Below are positions 1 to 13,323 of a DNA stretch of 64,000 bases, piece by piece; positions within the stretch are counted from its first letter, which is position 1; each line of letters begins with the position of its first letter. A program made the translations under genes and the position numbers. The notes under the pieces are model-generated. The model worked only from the letters and a program-made list of their open reading frames with translations. It was not told the origin of the DNA and ran no database searches. Source of the stretch: Tubulanus polymorphus (taxonomy: Eukaryota > Animalia > Nemertea); NCBI RefSeq assembly GCF_964204645.1, contig NC_134030.1, forward strand, positions 15,872,110 through 15,936,109, read 5' to 3'.

Positions 1-416
1 GAATTTTGAGAGCGCCTCATTGAAATTTATATGAGCTTGGTCGCGAATATCTGATCACAAAAATATTTTAAAAAGCCAATCAGAAAGCAAAGACTCCTCT
101 ATGATTGGCTTAGCAGCAGCGATCAGCAGGCGTTCACGTGAACCCGCGGTATCGTCTGCTGTTTTACTTCCGGATTTTATTTTAAGATCTAAAATTGTAT
201 TTCAATATTGATTTCTGTGAAATCTTTAGTTGATTTGATTTTTGGGAGTAATATTTTTATTTGCACTACAGAAAATGTTGAAAATTGTGCGAAGTCCGGG
301 AAAAATAGCTTTTTCTCAAATCGGATGGATGACATTGTTATGCTAATGAGCCATGTGCTCAGACTGCAAATTCAATCAAATCTTATTCTGCAAAAAAAGA
401 TCGAATCCAATTCATT
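1..416 (+). repeat. Partial copy of interspersed repeat family R4 (HINE-like), interrupted by an R1 copy
   Basis: Similar to 8950-9170 and, inverted, to 47930-48330; similarity resumes at about 1650-1740. Confidence 0.7.
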
Positions 417-1647
417 TTTAGCCCACTTGGGACTTTAGTCCCAGCGGGCTATTGCATTCACTTTTTTTCCGTCGTTCGTACGTCCGTGGACGGAATCCAG
501 TTATTTTGGGAAGTGTTGAAGACGCTTCAAGGTAATGTCTTGATATTTAGTTCATACATGTATCTACCCTAGATACATCTTCAGCCCAAAAACTGGCCCT
601 GTCAGAATCAAGATGGCCAACTGGCAGCCATTGTTGTTAGCCAAAATCAGCACTTTTACACATTTTTGAAGTTTTCAAAGGAAATTTTGAAGACGCTTTT
701 ATCAAGTACCTTGATCGTTCATATATATTTGTATCCCCCAAGGGCCCATCAGCACGAGAAAAATTGGGTCGATCGGACTCGAGATGGCTGTCCTGTGACC
801 TTTTTTGTGCTCAAAATTGTCAATTTTGGCCTGAGTCCTGTAGCTTCCTAATGGTTTGCCATTTTTCATTGCCATTTGTGATGGCTATTCTTTGAAAAGG
901 GATCTCTTATACGCGAGACAGGTATATTTGATCAGGCAATTATGACACAATTGGCGGCCATATTGGTGTCATCAGAACTCATTCGTAGGTGGAAGAAAGT
1001 TTTCTCACATATTGATACTTAAGCAAATTTTGTTACCACAATCAATTGGAAATGTGTAGCTCATGACATGGTCTATGATCGTGGTCAGTTTCAAGGTCAT
1101 TGGTTTTTGCATATGGCCACCAGGGGCGTTGAACAATGCAATAACTTAGTATTTCTATATTATATTCGTACCTATGCATATTTTGTTACCACAATCAATT
1201 GGAAAGTTGTAGCTCATGACATGGTCTTTGATTGTGGTGAGTTTCAAGGACATTAGTTATTCTATATGGTCACTAGGGGGCGTTGAATAGTAGAATAACT
1301 TAGTATTTCTTTATATTGGTGCCTAGGCATATCTTGTTACCATGATCAATTGCAAAGTTGTAGCTCATGACATGTTCTATAATTATGGTGAGTTTTAAGG
1401 TCATTGGGCTTTGCATATGGCCACCAGGGGGCGTTGAATAGTAGAATAACTTAGTATTTCAATATCATATTGGTAACTAGGCATATTTTGTTACCACAAT
1501 CAATTACAAAATTCTAACTGCTGGCATGTTCTATGATTGTGGTGAGTTTCAAGGTCATTGGATGGGGCGTTGAATATTAAAATTGTTAGATTGTTGAGCA
1601 TCTGAAACCACTTCCCAAGTGGGCATGGTGTCCCTGATCCCTTAGTT
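417..1647 (+). mobile_element. Non-autonomous Helentron/DINE-1-like element (HINE), family R1, copy 1
   Basis: Subterminal inverted repeats GCCCACTTGGGA (421) and TCCCAAGTGGGC (1613), CCGT-type microsatellite near the 5' end, about 3.5 internal ~155 bp tandem units (1025-1580), T-rich flanks; second copy at 20574. Confidence 0.75.
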
Positions 1648-2460
1648 ACTGTATTGACCAAGGTAAAACAGCAAATCCAATTCAATTTTGTTTTATTGAG
1701 CAAATTTCAGAAAATTCTATTCTATTCCGCATTCAAATCATATTTCCTATATTTCTATGAATCGTTTCTTGTACTAAGTTTTGATTGGATCAATATGAAA
1801 CTTGGGCAAATGATCAGTGGGCAAAGCCTTATAGAATATAGAGACATTTTTGGTTTCGACCCCAAGCGGGTGCCCAAGGGCGATGGGTCATATATTTTTA
1901 TGAATCGCTTCCTGTCATGAAATTGTGGGTCATTGCCTTAAACAACATAAATTAATTTTTTTTTGTATTTTATCCCTAGGGAGTAACCTAGAGGCTGAGA
2001 CTTATATTCTGCATATTCAATTCAACTTTGTGCTATTGAACAAAAATCATAAAACCCAATTCAATTTTATTTTATTGAATAAAATTTCATCAAATCAGAT
2101 TATATACGAAGTGAAGGATACATAAATGATTAATTTATGGCTAATGAGAGATTTTTTTCGATCAGTGAGATCTCGGGTTGTTCTGTATTTTGTACAGTTT
2201 CATCTAGTCTAGTAATCGTGGAAAGAAAAATTTTGATAGCAAGTGCCTTTTAAAAATTGATTGATTAAATAACCTTTTGTAACGATATATGGATTAGTTT
2301 GCTATTGGGTGAGATCATTTTTGGCATTTTGACAAATGAAGTGCCACTTTTTCTTTTACCTGCATTTTATGTACTGAGTGATAATAAGCATTTTGTAGCA
2401 TTTTAAGCATTATCTTTTCATTTCAAAGCAAACTTTTCCTTTTCCGTTATTTCCTCTCAG

Positions 2461-2669
2461 AAGATGAACCAACACCAGTTGTACGGAGGACAACTCGTAG
2501 TCACAGCGGTATCTACAAATTCAGGGAACCACCACAACTTCCATTGGTTGTTGACCGTGTAACCGATGGTAAGAAAACGTGTGTTTATTGCGGAGCTAAG
2601 AAGAAAAGTCCAGCTGACCTAGTGCGTCATATTCGTGTGCATACCGGTGAAAAACCATTCTCTTGCGAG
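2461..2669 (+). CDS. Multi-C2H2 zinc-finger transcription factor, first exon visible in window (internal exon; no start codon found upstream in window)
   Basis: Polypyrimidine tract and CAG acceptor end at 2460; the frame reads DEPTPVVRR...[30 protein letters not shown]; GT donor at 2670. This frame is not in the ORF track. Confidence 0.9.
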
Positions 2670-2807
2670 GTATGTTAAGCTGTGTCAAGTGCCAATTGAA
2701 TTGTTATCTATATTCAAAGTTGAGATGTTGAGATATCATTTTCGCAAAACATTTCAGTTACATTGTAATAAGCACTTAATAAGAAATTGTGAAAACGTAA
2801 TAAATTG

Positions 2808-3690
2808 TTTTTATGCCCTGGCTCAACCAGAGTTGAGAGGGAGCATATAGATTTACCCGCGTCTGAATACGTCGCCGCCCCAAGTGACGTCAACGGCCTA
2901 GAGGCGGCAATTGTTGACTGATTGTTTTCAAACTTGGTACACAAAGTAGGGTATCACTTGGGCAATAACCCTACCTAAAATTGGGTCGATTCGATTCAAA
3001 TTATGGTCACCAGGGGGCGACATGAAAAACAACGTTAACAGCCTAGAGGCTGCAATTGGTGACCGATTGTTTTCAAACATGGTACCCAATAGGATATCAC
3101 TTTGGCCAAAAGCATATTTAAAATTGGGTCAAGTCAATACAAATTATGGCCACAAGGGGCCAACATGAAAAACGATTTAACAGTCTAGAGGCCGCAATTG
3201 ATGACTGATTTATTTCAAAAATGGTACATAACTAGGGCATAACTTTGAGCAGAACCCTACTTAAAATTGGGTTGATTCGATTCAATTTATGGCCATCAGG
3301 GGCCGACATGAAAAACGACATTAACAGTCTAGAGGCGGCAATTGCTGACCGAAACATGGTGCACAACTACGGTATCCCTTGGGCCAGAACCCTTTATAAA
3401 ATGGGTTGAATTGATTCATATTTTGGTCACCAGGGGCTGTTAAAACGTTAATGGTATCACTTTGGACAGAACCTTATAAAAAATTGGGTTGATGTGGTTC
3501 ACATTATGGCCACCAGGGGCTGACATGATAAACAACGTTAACAGTCTAGAGGTCCAGTTGTCGACTAATTTTCTTAACACTCCATACACGAGTAGGGCTG
3601 TACTTGGGGCAGAACCCTATTAAAGATTAAGTTGATGCTATTCAAATTATGGCCAACAAGGGAAACCGGTCTAGAGCTCGCAACTGTTGA
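2808..3690 (+). repeat. HINE-like element R2 with ~143 bp internal tandem array
   Basis: Starts TTTTTATGCCC; the CTAGAG anchor recurs at about 2898, 3044, 3185, 3329, 3546 and 3671. Confidence 0.7.
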
Positions 3691-3698
3691 TCAATTTC

Positions 3699-4800
3699 TG
3701 AGCCTATGTCAACGGTCTGGCCGATTGATAATCGTTTGTATGCTTAATACACTACGTTCAAAGCTATTTTTAGCACACTCAAACGCAGTTTCAGTAGCCT
3801 GTAATTTCACAACTAATGGGCGAATTGAACGGATTAAGCAAAATATATTTTGTTATTTGTTTTTCGTTATGGTGCAAAAAGTTGAATGCCGTGGGTTTCA
3901 TATTTTTTGAGAAATTAACCAAAAAGTGTCAAAAATTCGATTTATTTGAGCACATTTTTTTATGCAGCATCATTTACTGTCCAAATTACACATGTTAAAA
4001 TTCGATGCTCTTTGAATATACCCTCGATTTGGTACAACCGGTAGTATTAGCTGAGGTGTTGAGACACTAGGCTATCATGAATTGGTGTTGGAGCATGAAT
4101 TCCTGCGTAGGCCGCGGCCTGAGCTAACAAATCCTGAGGCGGTCATGTCATACTGAGTAATTACCTTCTTCTGCCTCACTGCTATTGGCCTCATCAGTCA
4201 CCCGATATCTTCTTGGTTGTAGGCCTAATTGCCTATTTGAAGAACTTTATCTCATAAAGAGCTGACACTTTGTTCAGTAGTTATGGGCTTTCAATGACGA
4301 AACCCCCCCAAAATCTCGGTCATATGTAATTTGTGTTGACCCGGTTAAAGTAATTTTTGAAGTCATTTTATTGATGTTCTATCCGTTTTGGAGCCTGATA
4401 ATTTGTATTAGTTTGTAAATCGTGGCACAGTGATGAGCGTTTGCAGTCGTGTACAGTCGCGTAGGCATTATAGCCTTATACTCTCGTGTTCATTGCGCGT
4501 ATGTAATCAGTCGCCATTAACGCGCGCCGCATTGTAGGATGGGCGTTACAACGATTTGCCTTGAGTGAAGATGTAAGCTTGCCCGCCTAATAAAAGCAAT
4601 CCTATCGTGATATTATTAAGAACCATGTCAGTCGATAATTTTTATTTCATCAACAGTCGACACTGGCCTCAAATTTGCATAAACTTGGTCACTCATAGTT
4701 TTAGTTGTTTAATATGTCATTCCAGGGATGTATTAATTAAATGAAAATTTATTTTGTCAGACAAAAATTCCCATTATCAACTTTTCGAAGATTTCATTCT
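3699..4800 (+). repeat. Interspersed repeat R3, copy 1
   Basis: Colinear blocks shared with 13930-15232, starting GAGCCTATGTCAACGGTCTGGCC and ending TTTTCGAAGATTTCATTCT. Confidence 0.8.
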
Positions 4801-5666
4801 AGTTAAAAAGTCAGTGACCAAAATCAAGTCCTTTTTGAAAAATGTTTTCTTTTTTTATTTCAATGAAATGAATTTTTGTGTACTAGTAGGCCTAGCCTAT
4901 ACATGACAAATTTTTTACTTCACACCAGTTTAGCAAGCCACTGGACCATTGGTCCTTTATTTACACATTGCACACATGTTCTCTAATATCATTCTTATAG
5001 AAATAATATTGGGCTCGATACTTCTAACGCATTTACCACTTGTAACTTCATGTGAATTTCAGGCCGGGGCCATTCGAGACTGCCTCATCCTAGGATCATT
5101 TCAGGATCAACTGTGTCGGTCCGTATAGAATGGACCTGACTGAGTAACTTTCTGTCAGCTCTTGGGGTAACAAATTGTAACCAATGGATCTATACAGCTG
5201 ATATTTTGTTGTTAGGAGGGAAATAGGGTTTGGAAATAACATGGAAAATTTCATCCACCATTTTTGAAATGTGATTTTCACAACTTTTACATTCTTGGGT
5301 ATAAATTTGAATTCTAAATCATATCTAAACAAAAATGTGTGCGGTGTATATTTATCATTTTAAGAGTAAACAATTATATTTGATAAACTTTGGGTACGCT
5401 GTTCCCAAAAATAAATAACGGAAACCATGTTATAGTTTCCTCACACACTTAGCTTTCACAGAGCAGTGCCAATTAGGCATTCACAAATTATGTGTCATAT
5501 ATTATGGACTCATACTGGAATTCAATGAAATGAAATTGAAAAGACCATTTCAGTTCATATCAATCCTTTATCATAAATACTTTGTTTCCAATCCCTTCGC
5601 TTAGGGGTAACATTATCCGTGCTTTCCTGATCTTGCTTAATCACCATTTACATTTCAATTTTGTAG

Positions 5667-6446
5667 TTGTGTGATAAAGCGTTCAAGACGAAAGGTAGCT
5701 TACATTATCACCAAGAGGTAGCGCATGGCATCATGAACCGAAATAAGAAATACAACCGCCACAAACGCAGGAGAACTTTTACTTTTAGTAAGAAACGTAA
5801 CGCAAGTCGAATAAGTAATGGTAAAATAGAAAAAACTAAGAAAGAATTCAAATCAGAAACTGCGAATAATAACTTTATCATGTATTCAGAAGAGGGTAAA
5901 GGGGATAGTGTGATCGTAAAAATGGGAGCAGACGGACATGAATTCATTGAGAAAGTTGCTGAAATCGATTCATTATCTGTCAACAGTGATGAAACAATTA
6001 TAGTCTCACAGCCGGATGCCAGCCAGACAGTCAACTCAAACCCGGACACCAGCCATCCTGAGGTTGATAGATTCATGAGAGCCATCGACCTAGGTCTGGT
6101 GAATAATACCGGTAATCGAAATGGCGATAACATGGTGACCGTTGACAATGAATTAGATTTACTTGGTACCATGGTTGCAGCCAACAATGGTTTAGAACTG
6201 CTCGGTGCAGCTGCCGCAGCTGCATCATTGACAAGTGATATAATAAACGGTGCTAAATTTCATATTGAATCTCGTGACTGCAATGATTCCGGTGCCATTT
6301 ATCCCTTGAATATGACAAAAGATGAGCGAAGAGCGTGGCAACAGACGAGACGTACATGTCGCTACTGTGGTAAAGTTTGTCTCAAACCAAGTGATTTAAA
6401 ACGCCACCTGCTGGTTCATACAGGTGAACGTCCTTTTAAATGCCAG
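5667..6446 (+). CDS. C2H2 zinc-finger gene, exon 2 in window
   Basis: TAG acceptor; [20 protein letters not shown] completes the finger split by the previous intron; ends [30 protein letters not shown]|GTATGT. Confidence 0.92.
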
Positions 6447-6986
6447 GTATGTACAATTTCCATGGACGATTTCACAATACAGCCTCCTCCCTGGCAGCGA
6501 TATGAACCAATGGCTTTATGCTGTTACAAAAACCAGATATGCAGCCTTTCGCATCCACTGCATGATAATAATGTGTTGAGTGTCTTTTTTATCCAAATAT
6601 AGACAAGTGGAATGCTAACTATTAATTTTTCGATATCGATCTGACGTGACAATCAATTCTCAAAATCTATGTCTGAACCTCACAACCTGTTGGTCGGCCT
6701 TTACGCTGTATTCTGGAGCTCATGGCTTGTAGATCAGCCCTTATCAGCCTGTACCACGAACACTGTCAGTCTCATGACTTGTTCGGCGTCTATGACTTTT
6801 TACCCTGACTTAAATGGTTTGATATTCATGGTGGATAAGAGTAGGAATGACCTATGAGAAATGTCAGACTGCCAAATTGACAAACAACTCCTACTTATAT
6901 CATTTATCACTTGAATATAGTATTTTACAGGTGATTATACGACACACACTTTGTCTATTTAACTATGTAAAACCCCTATTTTACCA

Positions 6987-7269
6987 CAATAAGCCTTTTT
7001 ACAGTTTCCAGACGCCATGTTTTGGGCACCCGATGGGTTCGCATTATTGAATTTTTGGTCCCTATTGTTCCCCTGTTATATTTTCTTATTTCATTCATAT
7101 CTCTGGATTGGATTAAGATAGAATCAAAGTAAAAATATCGATGAACTCAGCTGATAATTAACGTTTTTATGATGTTACTCAATACGTTAATAGGGACAAA
7201 GAATTCAACAATGCGGACCCAGTGGGTACCCAAAAACATGGCACCTGGAAACTGTAAAGAGGCTTATTG
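6987..7269. mobile_element. MITE with ~85 bp terminal inverted repeats
   Basis: CAATAAGCCTTTTTACAGTTTCCAG... matched by ...CTGGAAACTGTAAAGAGGCTTATTG. Confidence 0.8.
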
Positions 7270-7801
7270 GTTCACATCAGATAGCGTACAACTGCACACC
7301 TACAGTTTCCATTTTGGCAATGCCTTCTGGGCTGGTATAGCCAAACACTAAGCTTCTTCATCAATGCCCAGCTCCTAGGCACCAGCTGAAGATCAGCAAT
7401 CCTCAAACCCTGACCAGTTTTTGTCGTAAGATTATGAAAACTTGCCTTTTCCTTTCATCTGGTCCATTGCTGCTACAGTTATCTGATTCATGATCAGAAT
7501 ACTTGTCTATCCCCATTGGATAGTAGCTAATTAAGATATAATTTAATTTTATTTCTCTTCCATTTTCACTTTTATGCTTTAATTTGAGCTAAAAGATCCC
7601 AAAAATTTGATGCAACCAGGTTTTTTTAACATAGGAATAAAACGATTATGTAGATTTACTGATCCACAATTTTGGGGCATTGTTGAAAAATGCCGACCAC
7701 CATTCGACTGACGATGAGTAAAGTGGTCTTCGTAACTTTTTCTTTGCCCGACAAACCCTGATTTATGAAGATTTGTAATTTTTTTCTTTTTTAATGTGCA
7801 G

Positions 7802-8625
7802 ATTTGTGCAAAGGCGTTCAAGGCAAAGGGAAGTATGTTGTACCATCAGAAAGCTCATCATGACATGAAAGTAGAACTCAGTCATGGTTTAGAAGAACGT
7901 TATTTACGTCTCAAAACCAGGTCAGAAGAGTTAGAATTTTACCGAGATTTCCAACTGGACAACGATGTATTGCCTGATATGGCTGATGACCAGATGGGTG
8001 CCATGACTACTGAAACACAGCGGATGAAGCCACCTGGTTGGTTGGATAGTGGGATGATGTCATCTGCATCCAGTTCTCCAGTTACTAGTGTAACATCAGT
8101 ACTCACTAATCAGAGCTTAGAGCATCCAAATAGAAGCAATCAGTCATGTTCGCCAGAAAATCTTCCAACATTTGACAAAATGAGCCTACCTATGACATCT
8201 ACTGAGGTTAGGAGCCTTCCAACATCATCTACGGAACTAAGGAACCTACCTACATCATATCCAGAGCTGAGGAACCTTCCTGCATCATCCACAGAGCTTA
8301 GAAGTCTTCCTGCAATATCTGCAGAACTTAAGAGCCTTCCTACATCATGTACAGGGCTTAGGGGCATGCTACAGAGCCATCCTATAACATGTTCAGAGGT
8401 GGAGAGTCTTTCTACTCTACCTTCAGATGTCAAAGAGCTTCCATTGGCATCATCACCAGAGCACAGAAGCTATCCCGTATCATCTGTTGACCAAAGAAGT
8501 CATCTATCATCTTCATCAGAGCCATCTTCAGATCACTTAAAACAAGTTGCACCGATGCTTATATCGCCTCCTATTGTGCCAGCACACCTACTGAATTCAC
8601 AGTCTTTTCCGATGGGACATTTCAG
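7802..8625 (+). CDS. C2H2 zinc-finger gene, exon 3 in window
   Basis: CAG acceptor; ICAKAFKAKGSMLYHQKAHH completes the finger; Ser/Pro-rich decapeptide repeats; phase-2 donor AG|GTATGT. Confidence 0.9.
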
Positions 8626-8779
8626 GTATGTGATTGTGGTACAATGTTTATTCATTGATCTTAAGAAACTAATATTATATGAAAATAATCAGCAAAGAGC
8701 CTGTCCAAGGATTGGTTTTATGATTAGATTTGAGTTGATTATTCTGCATTTTATTTGGAAACCATTTGAATTGTCTTAT

Positions 8780-9170
8780 CAGGCCAGCCGTTAGCTGAGC
8801 CTAATATGATACAAATGGAGCAAATTTAAATGACATGGTATCCAGATGAAAGGCTTTTTCTTGGTGCCACTGATTATTCATACAAATCATGCATTCAAGC
8901 GTTATCCATTCTCCAATTCTTAAGTGGCTGAGTTTTAGAAATGGCCTTGTTGAAATTCACTGGAGGTTTTTTGCGGAAATCTGAACGAAAAAAATATCAG
9001 TTTAAAAAGCCAATCAGAAAGCTAAGTCTCCTCTACGATTGGCTTTGCAGGTGTTTATGTGAACCCGTGGTATTTTCTACTGTTTTTCTTCCGGGTTTCA
9101 TTTGAAGATTTTAATTGTATTTCAAGATCGAGTTCTGTGAAATCTTTAGTTGATTTGGTATTTCCGTTGA
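8780..9170 (+). repeat. 5' portion of repeat family R4
   Basis: Matches the reverse complement of 48100-48490. Confidence 0.7.
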
Positions 9171-10737
9171 GTACTGTACCCTTTCCTATAGTTTTGCCAA
9201 TATTTTCTAAATTTGGATTGATCGCCAATGGATTTTCTATATGACCCAGCCCTGTGGTATTGCATTTAGCCAGCGGCAAAATGCGTCATCTTTTTTCTTA
9301 GCGTTCTTGCAGTTGAACGGGCTTGGATTTTTTCGCAAAATATTACGAGGGATTTTGGAAGTCGAGAGACTTATTGCTCTCATACCGGTGAGTGCGTTCC
9401 GTTTGGGGGTCTCTTTTATCGGAATAAGTTGATTTGATTTAATTTAACTTGATTCATTATTATTAATTGATTGATTAATGGAATGAATTATGCTGCCCCC
9501 TCCTAAAGGTCAGCATCGTGGTGGGCAGGGATGTGGTCATTTACTGGGAGCCTGGGACGACCACGTTTTGTCAACGTTGTGTAGGCTTAAATTGGGTCAA
9601 AGTTACTACAGGGTTAATCCTTGCAAAATTTGTGAGGGTTGGTCGGATAATTCAGGCAGATAAGTCTCGAAAACTAAAAGATCGTAATAGTAGAAATTTG
9701 TCGGTTTTGGCCAACGTGCCCACCGACGTCTCTATTTCAAACTGTTTAGAGCGGTGGCGGCTGTACTTGAACGGTCGGCTTCCCAACTCCGTTCTCCAAG
9801 GAGGATCGCTAGTTCTCCGCCACCGTTCGCCGGTCTGGTCCGGCCCACTTCAAGCACCACGAGCACCGGACAGGCATCACCGGGATCTGAACTTCCGGTT
9901 GGAACATGGGCGTGCAGTTCGTCTGTTTCTGACGTTTCAAAACATAGTTATCGTCGCTTGACTAAGATTGTGATATTGAAAAGGAAAGTTTTTGTGAAGT
10001 AAAATTATGTCAAGAAAAAGTAAAGGCACTGTCAGTGGTGAGGATTCAGACACGCCAGTACCACTGAAGAACTGCGAGTGATAAACTGCGATTCTAACTG
10101 ATCTAAAGAACATATAACGCCCATCTTTAAGATGGGCTAGGTGCAGATCAAACTATGGCTGTATTGAGAAATATTTTTAATATCACCTAAATTGATGTTG
10201 ATAACCAAACGAGCCGGACACCAATAGGCCTCAACAGGCCTCCATAAGTCTGTGATATTGATGATGATGATGATGATGATGATGATTCGGCCAGCTGTTT
10301 CAGGATAATTACTTTTCCAAAAACACAGGGATGAGAATTCTCCGCAGATCCGCGGTTTCACGGGGATTTCGGTTCTGAAAAATATCATTGTCCAAAAATG
10401 ATGTAAAAGTATAGGGTGATGATAGTGTCACTCTGCTGGTCCGGGGCGATTGGTAATCGGGTGAACTGTAAAAGTGTCAGCCTACTACTGTTGCCGCGCA
10501 CATATGTGGCGAACACCTTCAGATATTATACGCTGTGATGATTTTTAGTGATCATTCAACGGTGTATTTTAACGATCTCACGGACACGATTGGCCTGGGG
10601 CAAATTGGCACTGATCAGACTCGGGCCAAATTTGGTCCGTGTCTGATTAGAGACCGCGCTAAACCATTCACTAAATACTAAACAATGTTCAAACAAACCG
10701 AAGTGGATCATTATCCTGTCTCATTATATATTTTCAG

Positions 10738-13323
10738 ATACAACAATGTACTGTCAACAATTCCTGGCTTTCAGTTTCCCGGTTACCCTCAACAAGTACT
10801 CAATATGCAGCAATCAGCTGCTCTTCTCCGTACGCAATACCACCCACTACTAGCTACATCAGCTGGTGCCACTACTGCCGCATTTGGCACGATGATGAAA
10901 AATGCTGACGATGAATCCACTATCGAAATGAAACAATCTCCTTTAGTTGATGGCGAAGTGAAAAATCCATTGGTATCAAATCCTGAGGATTATTCAATCG
11001 TAAACGAAACTCCAGTTGTATCGAGGTTAAATATTTACAATAACAAAACCAGTGATACATCGGTACTGTTAAAATGTCACTTGTGTGGGAAAGATGGCCG
11101 CATGTTTACATCTTTGTTAAAACTGAAATTACACATGTCGGTGCACGTTGGTACGAGTAGTGGTAGTTATCGCTGCTCAATTTGTTTGGCAGGTTTTAAA
11201 CACCAGTCAATTTTATTGCGACATCTAGGCATTGTACACGGTTGGGACAAATGCGATTTTCAATTGAACAAAGGTGAATGCAAAACTGAATATGAACCGG
11301 GTGAAATTTCATCATCTGCTGCAATGGTGGTACCACCATTAAAATCATCTGAATCTGACGTTAAACAACAACCTATTTTCGCCAAAAATGATCAAGTTGC
11401 GCTACTCGATGGTGCATTCAGTTCATTTCTAGATGGCACAGTATTCAAGTCGATACCTGATAGCATTGTTTCTCCATTCAAACGATCATCTGTAGCAACC
11501 CCAACAACAGGGTTGCCTCTGATTCATCGACCTAAACGAATCGACGGTTTGTTCCGCTGCCGGTTCTGTTGTAAACCATTTTTCCGTCTATTTTGTTTAC
11601 AACGCCATGAACGTGTTCACACTGGAATCAAAACATGTTTCTGTAAAGAGTGTGGCAAAGGATTTAGTGAAAAACGAAATCTGCGCCACCACATTTTACG
11701 TTTTCACTCAGGTTTGAATAAACAGGAGTTGTACCGCATTTTGTCATCTGGGCGTCGGAAATCACGTGTCACCTCTTCACGGCATACTGCAGTGACACTG
11801 CAGGGTCTACTGAATACTCAGGATGCTGCAATTGATCTTTCAAAGGAAACTGATTTGCAAGAACCGGAGGAAGACATGGATTATAGTGATGATACTTGTT
11901 CTGAAACTGAAAATGTTGACCCTATCAACCTGGAGGATGTAATACGTCAAAAAGATGGCGTCTCTGATGATGTAACAATTGTTATACCATCAGATCCTTG
12001 TGATGCATTAGTATCTGATTCAACTAATGGAGATTTGGTACTGAACAGTAGCTTGAATAAAAGTGGGAGTTCACGACGTAAAGCTGCACAACCCATCAAA
12101 ATCAGTCATAAAGATCACAGTTCTTTAAATGATAGTCAACACCCGCCTAGTGAAAGCCTCCCCTCATCGAACAATTCTCCGCACCCATTAAGCGACAATC
12201 ACCTCCCACAAAGCAATCGCCTCCCCCCAACCAGTAACAATCTCCACCCAGCTACTAATGGTAGCCCTAATGATATTGCTATCTCCCCAAGTAATAATCC
12301 CCTCCCACTGAGTAATTACCCCCTAGGTAGTAAAACATACCCCCAAGATAAGATCAACCTTCAAAATGACAATATCATCCCAAATGATGATAATCCTCTC
12401 CCATCATCTAACAGTCCCCTCTTACGCACTAACACCCACCACCAAAATAATAACTGCCTCCCATCTACTCGTGATACAGAATTTCTAAAAATTTTAGAAG
12501 ACAAGCAGCACTCACTAGTAGATAACAATAATGTACGCGATGAATCTATGGACTTGAATTTATCATCATCACAAGATGATCAAGAATATCAATTGAAGAA
12601 TGGTAATGAAATAGCAGCAGTTAGTGAAGGAACAAATTCAGGTGAAAATGAAGAAACAAATGTCAATAGTAATAGTGCAGTGAATGGTGAAAAAATCCAA
12701 CTTTCATGTTCCATGACAGCTATCAATCATACAGTCACTAAAGGTTTCCCCACACCAGCTGACAAAGATGCTTTACCTGTTGACAGAGACTGCACATTTG
12801 TTAGAGGAAGCTGTTCATCTGGAAATGAAAGTACACCTGTCGGAAATGATTGTGCACCTGCAAAGAGGGACTATCCATCTACGGTACGAGATTGTGTGCC
12901 TGCTAGAAAAGACGTTTCACTTGTAGGCCAAGCTGACCATGTACCGGTTGGACCAAGTGCTCTGTTAGTCACTGGCATCAATGCTGGTGCAGGTGCTTCA
13001 GGCGAGGATGATGATTTAGAACCGGGTGAAATAAAACGCACCGATGAAATAGAGACAAATCCACAAACGATCGATAATTTATCTTTCTTATCAACAAGTG
13101 GCAGCAGTAGTTTACATCATCAGTTGACAATGTCAATGTTACAGTTGAATGCAGGATTTGGTTCGCCAATGATGACCTACCAAACTCATGTTTCATCAAC
13201 GGGTATAACTAGTCTAGTTCCAGTTATTACCTCACCTCAGTACCACCATTTAACTCCAGAACATATTAAAGTTGATCCACGGCGATTGAACAGTAATCTT
13301 GGCTTATCTAGGACACATTCCAG
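10738..13323 (+). CDS. C2H2 zinc-finger gene, exon 4 in window (four fingers plus long low-complexity region)
   Basis: Lies within the 883 aa ORF; ttttcag acceptor matches phase 2; fingers CHLC..HMSVH, CSIC..HLGIVH, CRFC..HERVH-TGIKT-CKEC..HILRFH; donor AG|GTATGT. Confidence 0.92.

Noticed and set aside
4150-4205. Hammerhead-ribozyme-like CTGATGA-GGCC...GGC-AGAAG on the - strand
   Set aside because: The GAAA core is imperfect and no valid stem III, NUH site or stem I could be built.
5708-8433. Antisense ORFs of 159 aa and 97 aa
   Set aside because: Shadows of the + strand ZF exons.
9518-10130. GC-richer ORFs in ZF intron 3
   Set aside because: No recognisable motifs or splice-compatible frame; probably the 5' region of an unidentified repeat.
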